DNA of 64,000 bases from Octopus sinensis. Its lineage: Eukaryota. The stretch is from positions 13,764,001 through 13,828,000 of the forward strand of contig NC_043009.1 of assembly GCF_006345805.1 (NCBI RefSeq), read 5' to 3'. A program made the position numbers and the translations under genes. The notes under the pieces are model-generated. The model worked only from the letters and a program-made list of their open reading frames with translations, was not told the origin of the DNA and made no database searches. Positions 27,025 through 39,236 of this stretch are shown in pieces. Positions within the stretch are counted from its first letter, which is position 1. Each line of letters starts with the position of its first letter.

Positions 27025-27569
27025 CGTGTGTGTGTTTTCCTTGGAATATGTGTGGGTTTGTGATCGAGCGTGGTGATATTGTGTTTGGGCGTGTGTGTAT
27101 ATGTATGTGAGTATGATTCCTGAAGGAATTTACTTGACTCATGTTGCTGCACAATGAGCACGGCTTGTCTTACGGCTATTTTTCAAAGTACAACGTGCAG
27201 ATACTCCAATGTTCGTTTTCTTGGAGTCAGAAATAGAGGTCAATAATTCTCTTATATTCTTATTCCGTCAAATGGCTACAGTAGGTGACTGAGGAAATAT
27301 CTGTTTGCAACGAGGAAATTTTTTCGCAAATGCTGGTAACTTTCTTGCAACACTTTTGAAATGCCAGTGAAATTTCGGTTTCAGTTAATCACTAAAGGAA
27401 TTCTGTCATCTACTGTATTGTGTTTGCTAAAATTATGCGTGAAGGTTTGACTATCTTTACTAATCTTAGCTATTTCAATTGCTATTTCCTTTAATCGTGA
27501 TTCACCGTAACAGCGTTTGACATAATGATGTACAAAAGCATTTTCATGTTTCCACTAATCCCCTGTCCG

Positions 27570-27815
27570 TAAAATTCCGTTTTACTCTCAAAAACTTGGG
27601 ATTTCGGATTTGAACGAATAATATGATGTAGATGATCAGAGCGGCAGTGGAGATAAATGTGGGATGACGTGGGCTTGCAAAATAACTCTGTCACTATTCT
27701 GCCTCCAGAAAACCTAACTTCTGTGTCCGAAAATTCAACGTCTGTTTTTGAAAAACTAGACGTAAATTTTATGTTGGACTTAAAACCATAGTTTTCGGCA
27801 TAAAAGTCACAGAAA
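27570..27815 (-). pseudogene. Penelope-like RT thumb fragment
   Basis: IKFTSSFSKTDVEFSDTEV...VTELFCKPTSSHIYLHCRSDH, cf. the Penelope pattern IKFT.E....FLD..V....T.LY.KPT....YL...S.HP. Confidence 0.75.
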
Positions 27816-28014
27816 TGCATAATTTTAGCAAACACACTGCAATAGATGACAGAATTCCCTTAGTGAGTAACTGGCACAGAAATTTCACTGATCCCTCTTA
27901 TCTATTTTATTTCCTTTTTGTATTGAGTCACTAATGATATTAATTTTTCAGAGGTGTCATCTGCATGAAACATAATATACAAATCTATTAATAAACGTAG
28001 TTTAAAAAAATAAG

Positions 28015-28372
28015 ACTTCTTCTTTGGCTGTCCGTCGAGATCGGCGTTGATTATTCTTGTTCAGCAATCATCTCTGACAGGCTCGCATCTAGCCAAAAAG
28101 GCATTCTCTTGGTCGGCAGTATCGATGACGCCTGCTGCAAGTGAAGATACTTGAGGCAACGGAGAAATGATGCTTCTCGTGTCCTCTTTTGTATTCTTTC
28201 TTTTGTTTCTCCTCAATGGTTGGAATTACGAGCTTCAGCCGTCGGTGCCCTTCATCGCACTCAGGGCCTTCTCCGCCCTGATATCTGAGGAGCTATCGAA
28301 GTTCTTCATGCTAACTTGAAATAATTGTGTAGTAATACTTTTTCGGCCTTCGTGTCATACCATGTTGGGTCC
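28015..28372 (-). mobile_element. RTE-clade LINE 3' fragment
   Basis: Frameshifted RRPKKY..VSMKNFD and IFTCSRRHRYCRPRECLFG*MRAC (degenerate C-terminal zinc-finger-like motif); short tail gacggacagccaaagaagaag. Confidence 0.7.
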
Positions 28373-30027
28373 TAAAAAAAGTACACTTTCAGTTTTATAT
28401 TTCTTGGCAGAGAAAGAGTCAAAGCTGGTACGAAGATGTTAATAAGTTTGCTTGATCTACTGCAATAACAGCAATGATAACTTATTGTCTTATAGAAAAA
28501 ACCCACATATGCTGTATCGCAACAGTGGCGGATACAGTGCATTGTAATATTTTCCCCTGACCTGTAGGCAATTCATTTCAAATCAAACCGACATCAACTT
28601 CGATTAATAATCTTCTAGATCGAGAAAGTATGAGCAAAATATTACCCCCAGATCTAGCCTTCTGTATGCACAGGCGTGTACGAAGTGGAACAGTTTGGAA
28701 GCTGTCTATTCCCGTGGCTACATCAACTACAATCATACGTGCGTGTTTGTTTTCGTGCGAGGATTCGTTACGTTTATATACATTATATGCAGATGCACAT
28801 GAATTTAGGGACAAATTCACACGCACACGTACATACATACACGCTTACATTTGTGTGTGCATATATATACACGTATTGGCACGTATTTATATTTATGTCG
28901 ATATTTATCATTTATGTATATGTCAATTTGCATGTGCGTGTATTTTAAGAACATCGCAGAAGCGATACTCTATATACATTCGTACATTATGTACATCATA
29001 CAGATATACATACACATTTTTATATTGTATCTATGATTCAGGGAAAGATGAATAGATTCTTCAAATAATTACAATACATCAACTATGGCTGATTTATCTC
29101 TGAGTCTCGTACATTGCTCTCTAGCGATGTGCTATTGTACAAACAAAATTGGGTATAGGCATGTTTGGGAATCTGACAGAAAACTACATTTCTTAATAAT
29201 TTAAATAGATAAATGTGATGAAGATATATTAAACAAACGCGCACACATACAGTATTTGTATTTCATCTTATTGAATCCTATTCTTCATAAAAGTATATGT
29301 GTGTGTGTTTGTGCATGTATTCATATGTCTCTGTATAGAAGAGTAAGAAATTAATCATCCAGCCCAAAAATATTACGATCTACTAAGTCTCTCTTGGTCA
29401 TAGTATGTTGCTAAGTTCTGTATGCCAACGTGCTCGTCTGATGCATTTGCCATATATTCCTAGGTGAGTTACAGTACAAAGTTCTAAGTGTCTTGCTTGA
29501 AGCCATTTGTCATAAAGTAGACTCCTGTCCTATGATATTATCACTCAACATCTTATCCACTCAGTTATTTAATCTCTCTATATAATTATTTTTCTGTGCT
29601 ATAAGCCCGTGTCTTAGTGTATGTACGTGTGTTCATGTATATAAGTATATTCTAAGTTATTATTTTTCACAGAGCATATCTGCAAGAACTGAAAATGCGG
29701 CGAATAAATTGCCTTCTTCGTCGGTTTCCAGTTATCTAAGTTTATCATACTCCGTGCTCAGGAAAGAATTATATAGATACAATGATTATTTTGTCTTCTT
29801 CTTAATGAAGACAGACGACTCTAACCAAAATATTTCATTATTTTTTGCAGGGAATGGTATTTATGTAGTAGGGAAATAGGTGTTTTAAGGACTCCCGAAG
29901 TCTCACACTTGGATTCAATTTTAGGTTTAGATTCAGAGAAATTATTTATGTTTTCTTATACCGTCTCCTTTGGGAAAGAGATATTAAGATGTTATACTTA
30001 ATTTCCTCGAAAACTCTGTCTCTGCAT

Positions 30028-30120
30028 ATATACATACATACATACATACATACATACATACATACATACATACATACATACATACATACATACATACATA
30101 CATGCATACATACATACATA
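30028..30120. repeat. (TACA)n microsatellite
   Basis: Directly visible. Confidence 0.95.
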
Positions 30121-30275
30121 CATTTCATGTTACACTAAGTGGAGTACGGTAAATTAATTTTCGAAACGAATCGATTTCGAAATATTACTATTTGGTTTGA
30201 CTTCCTTAATTATTTCAGTTTAAACGACTCAAAGCCAGTAGAAACTAACCGGTCCAGATTCCACTTTTGCGGATA

Positions 30276-30340
<65 letters not shown>

Positions 30341-31099
30341 TTTTAGATAACGATCCGGAAAAGAAGCGCTCAGTTTCAATATTAATGTACATCATAACGT
30401 TTTATTTATATTATGTTATTTATTGATCTGTCTGAAGGAGCGCGTAGTACAACAGATTTACTGACCAAATGTTAAATACCTCTTGTAGTTTCTCAGCTAT
30501 GGCAATTTTGGACACAATAAAAAAAACTACCCGTGACTCGTTGGGTCACCGGGAAATTCTGAATTTTGTTTCGTGGACTTTCTTCTTTTCCGCGTTATTT
30601 CGCATGCTTTCAACGAATGTGACATCGAAATCACGCGTAAACGGCTTCTTTCTCCAGGAAAGGAAAGATTTGGCTGCTATTTCTTGCACGCCTTGCTACC
30701 ACGTACCAGGGATTTCGGGATCTTTATCGCAAATAGCTGTTACGTGGTTCCAGGGCGTGCTAGAAATAACAGCCAAATCTTTGGAGGTGAGATACGTTGA
30801 ATGCACTAAAAAACAAACATGGAGAAAAACTATTTCACACCGATCTTACGAGATAGTCACTGTATTTTTGAAGTCATTTTCACTTTAAGATATCATTCAA
30901 ACATGCCAAAATTTTTTTGTAATGGTATTCACTTAAAAAATAATTTTTAAAGACAATAACATATTGTCTGTTTAAAGAAAGCTAAAGCTAACATAACAGT
31001 AATAATCTTCAAAGAATGGTACTGTTATATTTTTGTAGATTAGTGAATGCATTGCACTTGAAATTCTATAAGTTTTCAACAGTGGTTTAGCAGCAACAT

Positions 31100-31330
31100 C
31101 TAGCAAGGCCAATCTACTCCAGACTGATGAAGAGCAATTACCCCGAAGCTAGTATCTGGTTGCTGGCTTTGTTGGGTGGAGGTGCTTATTTCCCCTGTTT
31201 GAAAACTTAAGGACGCAGAACAATTGTGTCACGTAGCCAACTAGAAACGGTGTTTCTTGGGGCTAAATAACAGTAACATTCTTCCCTTTCCTGGAACTGC
31301 AACATCAAGTTGACAACATGCCATCACTTT
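31100..31330 (+). mobile_element. Penelope/retrozyme-like repeat copy with a mutated hammerhead (31119-31159)
   Basis: Colinear with the minus-strand unit at 23140-23320: CCAGA-CTGATGA-AGAG..CCCC-GAAG-CTAGT-A-TCTGG. Confidence 0.65.
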
Positions 31331-31887
31331 AATTCATAGTAATTTCCCATTATGCGCAAGTTTGGCTAGGTAACATTGCAAGCAAGTAAGCAAGATCCAA
31401 AGTGACTTTTAAGGTATTATAGATACATGGAACATAGTTTTTATTCATGTATGGTCACACTGACAGAAAAAGACACAAGTAGAAAAGAAAGGGAGAGACT
31501 AATTCCATGAGTCAAAATGATAGTCTAGATGTATAATGAATTATAGCGGTACCTAATTTATAAAAAGTAATTATCGATTTTGGTAGTCATGATAAAAGCC
31601 ACCTGCGTTAATATGGGAAAACTAAGATAGCGTTTTATAGATACCTTTGTATTCTATAATTATAGTTTATCGGCTTTTATGAGGATATAAATATAATGCA
31701 GGATATAAATATAAATATAATGAGGATATAAATATAATTTCAGGTATCGGCAGTACCACCTTTTTAGTAACATTGTTTGCCATACCTGTTTCTCTTTGTC
31801 TGTCTCTGTTTTTAAGGCTTCTTTAAAAATTCATGCAGACTTTTAAATTATATATAATTCCCGTATAACTCACGGTCATAAACTGTA

Positions 31888-32122
31888 AGGCGGCGAGCTG
31901 GCAGAAACATTAGCACACCGGGCGATATGCTTAGCAGTACTTCGTCTGCCGCGACGTTTTGAGTTCAAATTCCGCCGATGTCGACTTAGCCTTTCATCCT
32001 TTCGGAGTCGATTAAATAAGTACTAGTTACGCACTGGGGTCGATATAATCGACTTAATCCGTTTGTCTGTCCTTGTTTGTTCTCTCTGTGTTTAACCCCT
32101 TGTGGGTAGTAAAGAAATAGGT
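31888..32122 (+). mobile_element. tRNA-derived SINE, family A, full length
   Basis: aggcggcgagctggcagaaac..gagttcaaattccgcc..ttcatcctttcgg.gtcgat..aagtac.agttacgcactgggg...aaagaaataggt. Confidence 0.92.
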
Positions 32123-32690
32123 CATAAACTGTGAGGAGGGCTTACATTATCTGAATCGGCTCCATTAAGTGTCTGGTGCACATTCCATTGCTCTGTTCTC
32201 ACATTCATCCCTGTCCTAAAGTAATATTTTTGATAGTATCCGTGACTTCAACAGTAGCTCATGTGAGAGTTCTAATCTGGGGATACAATGTTCTAAGACA
32301 ATCAGTGGGCCAATAAGAGTGTCCATTTAGGGTTAATGATTTGCTAATAAGAGTAAAAATGTTTTTTCTTTGAGTCACACTCTACCATCTTTAACATGAA
32401 AAATATTGTTGGCTAATATATAAACCTTGTTAAATTTACAAGTTGGATGGCCAAAGGCGGAATGCTTGATGTTAGGTCTTAGGAATCACAATAGATACCG
32501 TATTAAACAATAACGACAACGCTTGTTAATAACATAGTAATGTGAAAATCATATGCGGGGCTGTTCTTATATCTGGGTCACTGATAATCTAATTCTTTAT
32601 TCAGAACGCAATACCGATGCTGAAGTACAAAACTTTTGACTACCTTTCGCACCTGCTGATAATTCAGCATGATATGAGGCACAATGTGTG

Positions 32691-32735
<45 letters not shown>

Positions 32736-33289
32736 GTGTGTGTGCGTGTGTGTGTGTGTGTGTGTGTATGTGTGTATACAATCATACATGCATATATATT
32801 AATATACATATATACATTATAAATTAATAAACATACATGTGTTAGTGTATATATACATGTGCATGCATGCATGTATGTGTGTATGTATGTATACACACAT
32901 ATGTATCTTCTCATTCTTTTCTTTGCTTGGTCCTTTTTTACTAGCAGGAAAGTTTATCCTATTAAGTCCATACCTCTCTCAGTTCCACAAAACCACACAC
33001 TGTTCGTGACTAAAGATTTCTCTAAGTATTTAAACCCTCATCACTCGAGACAAAATGCTCCTATTTTTTCTGTTACTTAAGATATAATATTAATCTTGTT
33101 ACCATTTCGAATTAAAGAAAATGCATTGATTTAATTTTACAGCTGTAATATTTTTTTTAATTATTATTTTACTTTGCCTGTGTTAATTTCCTTAGTAGAA
33201 GCATACATTTCCCTATAGATTTCTCTGGTCACAAACTGTAAGGCCTGATGTCCATACGTGAATAATTTTATTTATATGAATTATATCTG

Positions 33290-33500
33290 AAGGCGGCGAG
33301 TTGTCTCAGTCGTTAGCACGTCGGGCAAAATGCTTTCGTGCGTCTTTACATTCTGTGTTCACATTCCGCCAAGCTAACTCTGCTTTTCATTCTTTTATGT
33401 ATAGATAAAATAAGTAACACTTGCGTACTGATGGCTGATTACATCGGCCTACCTTCTCTCCTCGAACTTTCTGGCATTGTTCTAGAATTTGAGACCTATT
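33290..33500 (+). mobile_element. SINE family A, degenerate
   Basis: aggcggcgagttg..gttagcacgtcgggcaaaatgc..ttcacattccgcc..gataaaataagta. Confidence 0.75.
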
Positions 33501-33905
33501 ATTAATTATATTTTACTTTCAGTATAAATATTCTTATTCTTTATTCAGCATATGTCTATCAGAAACAGACTTACATATGGAATTGTTTTCTCTGGGATGC
33601 AAAATGATAGACTACTTCTGTAAACCAATGAACATCACTTCCGTAAAAAAGTAAACCACAGATCAATTTTCAGCTGTTTTAGCATCATTCACTAAATTGC
33701 CGTCTTTGTTTTCTTCTGCTGCCAAGATTCTCAAGTCATATTAAAGGTTCGAACTACTGATGAACTGACACATTCCAGCTTCATTTGTGACTCCTGTTTT
33801 ATCTTTAATATATAACCTTGTTGATACACAGATGGCTTCTTTACGGAGTATTTTTATATTGAATATGTTGAAGCTATTTTATTACTTTGTTTCTCTTTGT
33901 TTTAG

Positions 33906-33938
33906 TGAGGATATGAAGTGTGGCCAAATTAAGCTGAG
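33906..33938 (+). CDS. Candidate 33-nt symmetric (phase 2-2) micro-exon, -EDMKCGQIKL-
   Basis: Long pyrimidine tract ctttgtttctctttgttttag, then 33 nt, then GAG|gtaata. No homology recognised. Confidence 0.2.
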
Positions 33939-33999
33939 GTAATATTTGCCGATCATTTTTACTTTGGTTGCTTACAGGACAGTATATATTCTTAATTAT

Positions 34000-34222
34000 T
34001 TATTGCCCACAAGGGGCTAAACACAAAGGAGACAAACAAGGACAGATAGACGAATTAAGTCGATTATATCGAGCCCAGTGCATAACTGGTACTTAATTTA
34101 TCGACCCCGAAAGGATGAAAGGCAAAGTCAACCCCGGCGGAATTTGAACTCAGAACGTAACAGTAGACGAAATACCGCTGAGTATTTCGCCCGGCGTGCT
34201 AACGATTCTGCCAGCTCGCCGT
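34000..34222 (-). mobile_element. tRNA-derived SINE, family A, near full length
   Basis: Reverse complement of the 31888 copy. Confidence 0.9.
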
Positions 34223-34689
34223 ATATATTCTATTGGCAATTAGGTGGAATAATTTTGGGTGTAAAATGTATCTTTATGTTAATTAAATCGGTGTATACCG
34301 AGCCAAGAAATTCATACCATGCCAAGAAATCTAAATTAATCTAAAATACTGCATTGATAATGAGAGTACTCTATATCTAAATGACTAACTCTTGTCGAAA
34401 AGATGAGGATAAAACTCCGAAATTTTATTAATATAATTACAGTAGTAGTTGAGTCTAAACTGTAGCAGCAACATAATAATTTCGGTTATTATATGGTACA
34501 CCTGTGTTTTCTATATACTTCGCAAAGAGTCTACTGAGAAAGTTATATGGGTTTTCGCAAACCCCTAGTCAGTTAATGGACTCTTGACTCTAAATAAATT
34601 TTTATGACACACACACAGATGATATGTTGAAACAGCCGTACATTACTCAGTTGAATATAGTAAATATTTCTTGCAGACCAACGGTGAGA

Positions 34690-34780
34690 TAAAATCCAAT
34701 GCTGACTAGAAGGACTTGAACTCAGCCATTAATTAATGTCATTAATTACTACTTAGTGCTTTACCATCTGTGCCACCCTT
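34690..34780 (-). mobile_element. tRNA-like head (SINE 5' end or tRNA pseudogene)
   Basis: ggtggcacagatggtaaagc (A box) ... gagttcaagtcc (B box); no proper acceptor stem. Confidence 0.55.
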
Positions 34781-34962
34781 ACAGACATGGTAATTGTTTC
34801 GCAATAAATTTATTAATAGCAATGATAATGGTTTCAGATTTTGGCACAAGGCAAGTAATTTTAGGGAGTTGGAGTTAATGACATAATTATATATTTTGTG
34901 AACCAATTTTGGATGTTCCCGATATAACTAAGGAATGCACTTAAAGTTTCATATTATATGTG

Positions 34963-35404
34963 GGATCTTTTCGGTTTGAACGGCAGTTTTTTCTAGCAGT
35001 GTCATATGAAATTGTCACACATAATTATGACCCTAGTATCGATCTATTGCATTTCAATCTCTTTTTGGGTTAGGGTTAGTTAGGGTTAGGGTTAGGGTTA
35101 GGGTTAGGGTGGGGTAAGGGTATCTTTTTTTCTTCACAAATGTAAATAAACCCAATCTGTTTCTTAAACGAGGGACATATTCATACGGCACAGAATGCTT
35201 TTTAACTCAATAGACGACATTGATTGGTTGAAATTGCAGAAATTGAAGAAATAACCCACAAATATCTTACAAACTATAGAATTTTCTCAATAAAGCCAAG
35301 AGAAAAAGATGTTTTATAAACACATTCTACCAGTATACGAAGTTTAAAATTTTTTGGTTACCTAGAAATTATGTTATAAACTGCCGTTCAAACCGAAAAG
35401 ATCC
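34963..35404. mobile_element. MITE with perfect 27-bp TIRs and an internal TTAGGG tract
   Basis: ggatcttttcggtttgaacggcagttt at 34963-34989 and its exact reverse complement at 35378-35404. Confidence 0.85.
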
Positions 35405-38099
35405 TATATATGAGAGAATTGATAAAGTTCGTTGATTTGTAATTCGTTGTCTTTATTCAAGATCTTGTGAGATCAATTCTATAAGTGTTTCCCCAGCGCA
35501 GCGTAGCAAGCGAGCTTGATAGTCTAAGTGGTGTCTAGACAATTGTGATTTATAAGTCTTTGTAAATATATAATTTATCATTCATGGTGTTATATGAACT
35601 TTTTAACTGATTAAGTCTAACGATCTAACGCCTGATACACTTTAACACGTATGACAGTCTTTAATTAAACTCTACATGGCTCTTAATACTCCAAGTTTAC
35701 TGTCTCGTTCAGTCTCATAATCATTGATTTGCAATTGATGGCAATGCGTATTTTGTTTCAATTTGCGAAAGCCCTCGCTAATAGGCAACGACATTTCAAC
35801 ACGAGAGTAATATAACAATATAGAATACATGAGTAATAGTAGTTAGTTGTAATAATTGTTATTGCTGTTCTAGCAAATATATTCTTTCAATAGTTCATAA
35901 TTTTATTTTGTCACTACGCTGTAGATTATATCACACACAATCTGTGAATGTGTGCTTGTATGTATGTATGTATGTATGTATGTATGTATGTATGTATGTA
36001 TGTATATATGTATGTATGTATGTATGTATGAATGTATGTATCTATCTATCTATCTACCTGTCTATCTATTTATCTATCTAACTATCTATCTATATCATAT
36101 TTCATTCCTGCCCTCATATCAAACTGAACCAGTTAGGGGTGAATGTCTTGATTCATTGATCATTAACCAAGCTAGTTTGTTTATCACATAATATGGAATA
36201 TATGAGAAGTCTCTCTTCAACTTATATATTTATTTTTTCTTTCGTGTGTATCTTATTTTACATCACATTCGTTGATAGGTGTTTCCTGTTTATTAATACC
36301 ATTACATTCTTCAAAAATATTACAAATATATATAAAAAAATGCATTTATTATATAAACAACCCTGCAGTGCTGAACAATTAACGACCACGAGGCAATCTT
36401 TTTATTGCTGTTTTCGAGTCATATAACATTGTATTAATATGGAAGAGAGCGAGGTTTACTGAATGTAAGTGTAACACGATAAGCATCTGCATGAGTCAGC
36501 GTTGGTTAAAGGCAAATATAGCAAGACTTAATTAATGTATATATTCTACTTTGTAAGCAACACTTAAAATAACGAAAGACAGCCTATAGAAATAAACCAT
36601 AGAGATGCACATTTTCTTTCCTTAAACATCGTCAAGGAAGCAATAAATGCACATTCAAAATCAAAGAAAGTTTATAGAACTATAAATCATAGGTTAGGAG
36701 GACACACATTACTCAGCAATTTTAGGACGAGTAATATCGTCTTTTAGGGAGATGAGTTCATAAGGAGAAAATAGGGTAAACATTCACGATGACATTTGAT
36801 GCAATGAATTTAAGATGAAGTTCGACTTACACATGATTCTAAATTTAATAATTAGACACTTTTCCTTAGTTGCTCTGATAATTATAGTACTATGAATAAT
36901 TTCATTTGTATTTTATATTTTTAAATGTTGGCCATCTTGTGAAACACAATGTCCTTCATTTTGAACATTTAAAGATGTTATTGGCGCCGTATCGTTTATG
37001 TCGATTTAGTATGCATTCTCCAAATTATGCTCTTTTAAAATCATAGTGTACTACAAACTGGTTATGAGCAATATTGCTATTCTGTCGAATATCGCATTAT
37101 GCTTCCAGCCTCCACATATTTCTCTATTATATCATATAACTATCAGGCTAGTTTGTAAATTAACGACCATTTTTTGTGTTGCTGTCTCACCTATTTTTGT
37201 TTATGGCTCGTAATAAAATCGAAATAGATTGTTTATTAACTTCCAAAATGCCTGTTATCATTTTTTGTTTTGTTTCATTATTTACAAAGTATCTCTAATA
37301 ATATTCTGATTATCATGGTATCTATTGGAGGAAATCGAATAATATTTCGATTATCATGGTATGTTTTGGGGGAAATCGAATGTTTTGGTTTTCCTGTTAT
37401 CTATGGGAAAATATCAAAGCTGTAATTAAAATTAATGCCATAAAAAAAACAAATTCGTCTAATAAGCTTTCAAAAACTTTATAAAAGCTACAAAATCGAA
37501 TACATTATCCAAATTTCTAATAAAACAATGTTATGAGAATTTCTAAGCATGAAAAGAGAGATTAGAACATTTATAAAAGGTGAAATCTTTACAGGAACCC
37601 TAGTTAATATAAATTGGATACTAGTTTTAGGAATGTAGCTTACATTCCTTTGAAAAGTAAAAGGTGAAATCACAAATACAGAGGTGCGTGTGCGAAAATA
37701 AAACCTAGCGGCCTTATCTAGATGCATATGGCTCTTGTGCCTTCGTACCACTTCAATTTTGTGACTTCGTTTGAGTTTAACTGTATGTCTCATACTTTAC
37801 ACTCGATGTTAGTACTTCACAATAAAATTCCTAACGGGAGATTTTAATGCAGGGAAATCAAAATCAAACGTTCTAATTATTCTTTTCTATTTATCGGAAA
37901 TAGTGATTTATTCATCAAACCCGGATAATCGATTAAATGCAATGTTAGTCTCGATGGATTTTTAGTACAGAGCGCAGAAAGAGACAGGACAAAAAAGTTG
38001 AGTATTCTATCCTACACTCTGGAGACACTACCGAAAAAATACATGTTTTTCGTTTTCATGTGTATGAGTTTGCATGTATGGAGGTATTTTATCTGTCTA

Positions 38100-38153
<54 letters not shown>

Positions 38154-38208
38154 ATATATATATATATTATATATATTATATATTATATATAATATAAATA
38201 TTATATAT

Positions 38209-38295
<87 letters not shown>

Positions 38296-38317
38296 AAGTT
38301 ATATATATATATATATT

Positions 38318-38821
38318 ATTTCGGAATGGTCATATTGCCAGTTTAGCCAATAAAAAAACACACGCACTATATATTTGGTGTTATATTGTTGTTATACATA
38401 CAAGCATATGTAATGATAATAATGGTGGATGTAAACACATGAACAAAATTAGAACAAAAGCAACAACAACAAAAACAAAATACAAATTACAAGAATGTAT
38501 ATAAACAGAAGATACAAATATTACAGGCATCCCCCCCACACACACACTAAATAAACATAGACGCACATACAGATATAAGCATGCGCAAATGAAGACATAC
38601 AATAGAAATACAAAATGGCTGACGGTTAGTAAGGAGAGACACAAATAAGTGAGAAGAAAACAAAGGACCACTGATGCGGTCACAGGAGTGTGACGAAAGA
38701 ACTTTGGCCGAAATAAGATTAAGATTAATGTAAAAAATAAATATCACTGAAGCAAAATAACACCAAATATATAGTGCGTGTGTTTTTATTGGCTAAACTG
38801 GCAATATGACCATTCCGAAAT
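38318..38821. mobile_element. Element bounded by ~65-bp near-perfect inverted repeats (MITE-like, or an inverted Penelope terminus)
   Basis: 38318-38384 vs 38757-38821 are identical except for A-run length. Confidence 0.75.
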
Positions 38822-39039
38822 ATAACGATATCTGTTTCAACACACGACTTCACATAAAAAATCTTGCACAACAAATATTTAAACGTATATACATATCTTT
38901 CTATCTATACACACACTAACATACAGGCACAGATATTTGTGAGTGTGTATGTATATATATGTATATTTGTATACCCTATATATGCACACATATATGTCTG
39001 TACATTCATAAAGACAGACAGACAAATAGACAGACAGAC

Positions 39040-39236
<197 letters not shown>

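Noticed and set aside
29669-29880. 68-codon open frame after a good acceptor (SISARTENAANK...)
   Set aside because: No convincing donor and no recognisable motif; chance is plausible.
30469-30888. 139-aa ORF in a CpG-rich patch
   Set aside because: It overlaps a palindromic repeat motif and shows no domain similarity.
33600-33860. Minus frame superficially like a cadherin repeat (YDLRILAAEE)
   Set aside because: Multiple stops, and it lacks the LDRE/DxND motifs.
34677-34683. 7-nt micro-exon-like ttgcag|ACCAACG|gtgaga
   Set aside because: It lies within or next to the tRNA-like SINE remnant and is too short to assess.
35067-35120. TTAGGG tract as a chromosome end or fusion site
   Set aside because: It is short, single-orientation and enclosed by MITE TIRs.
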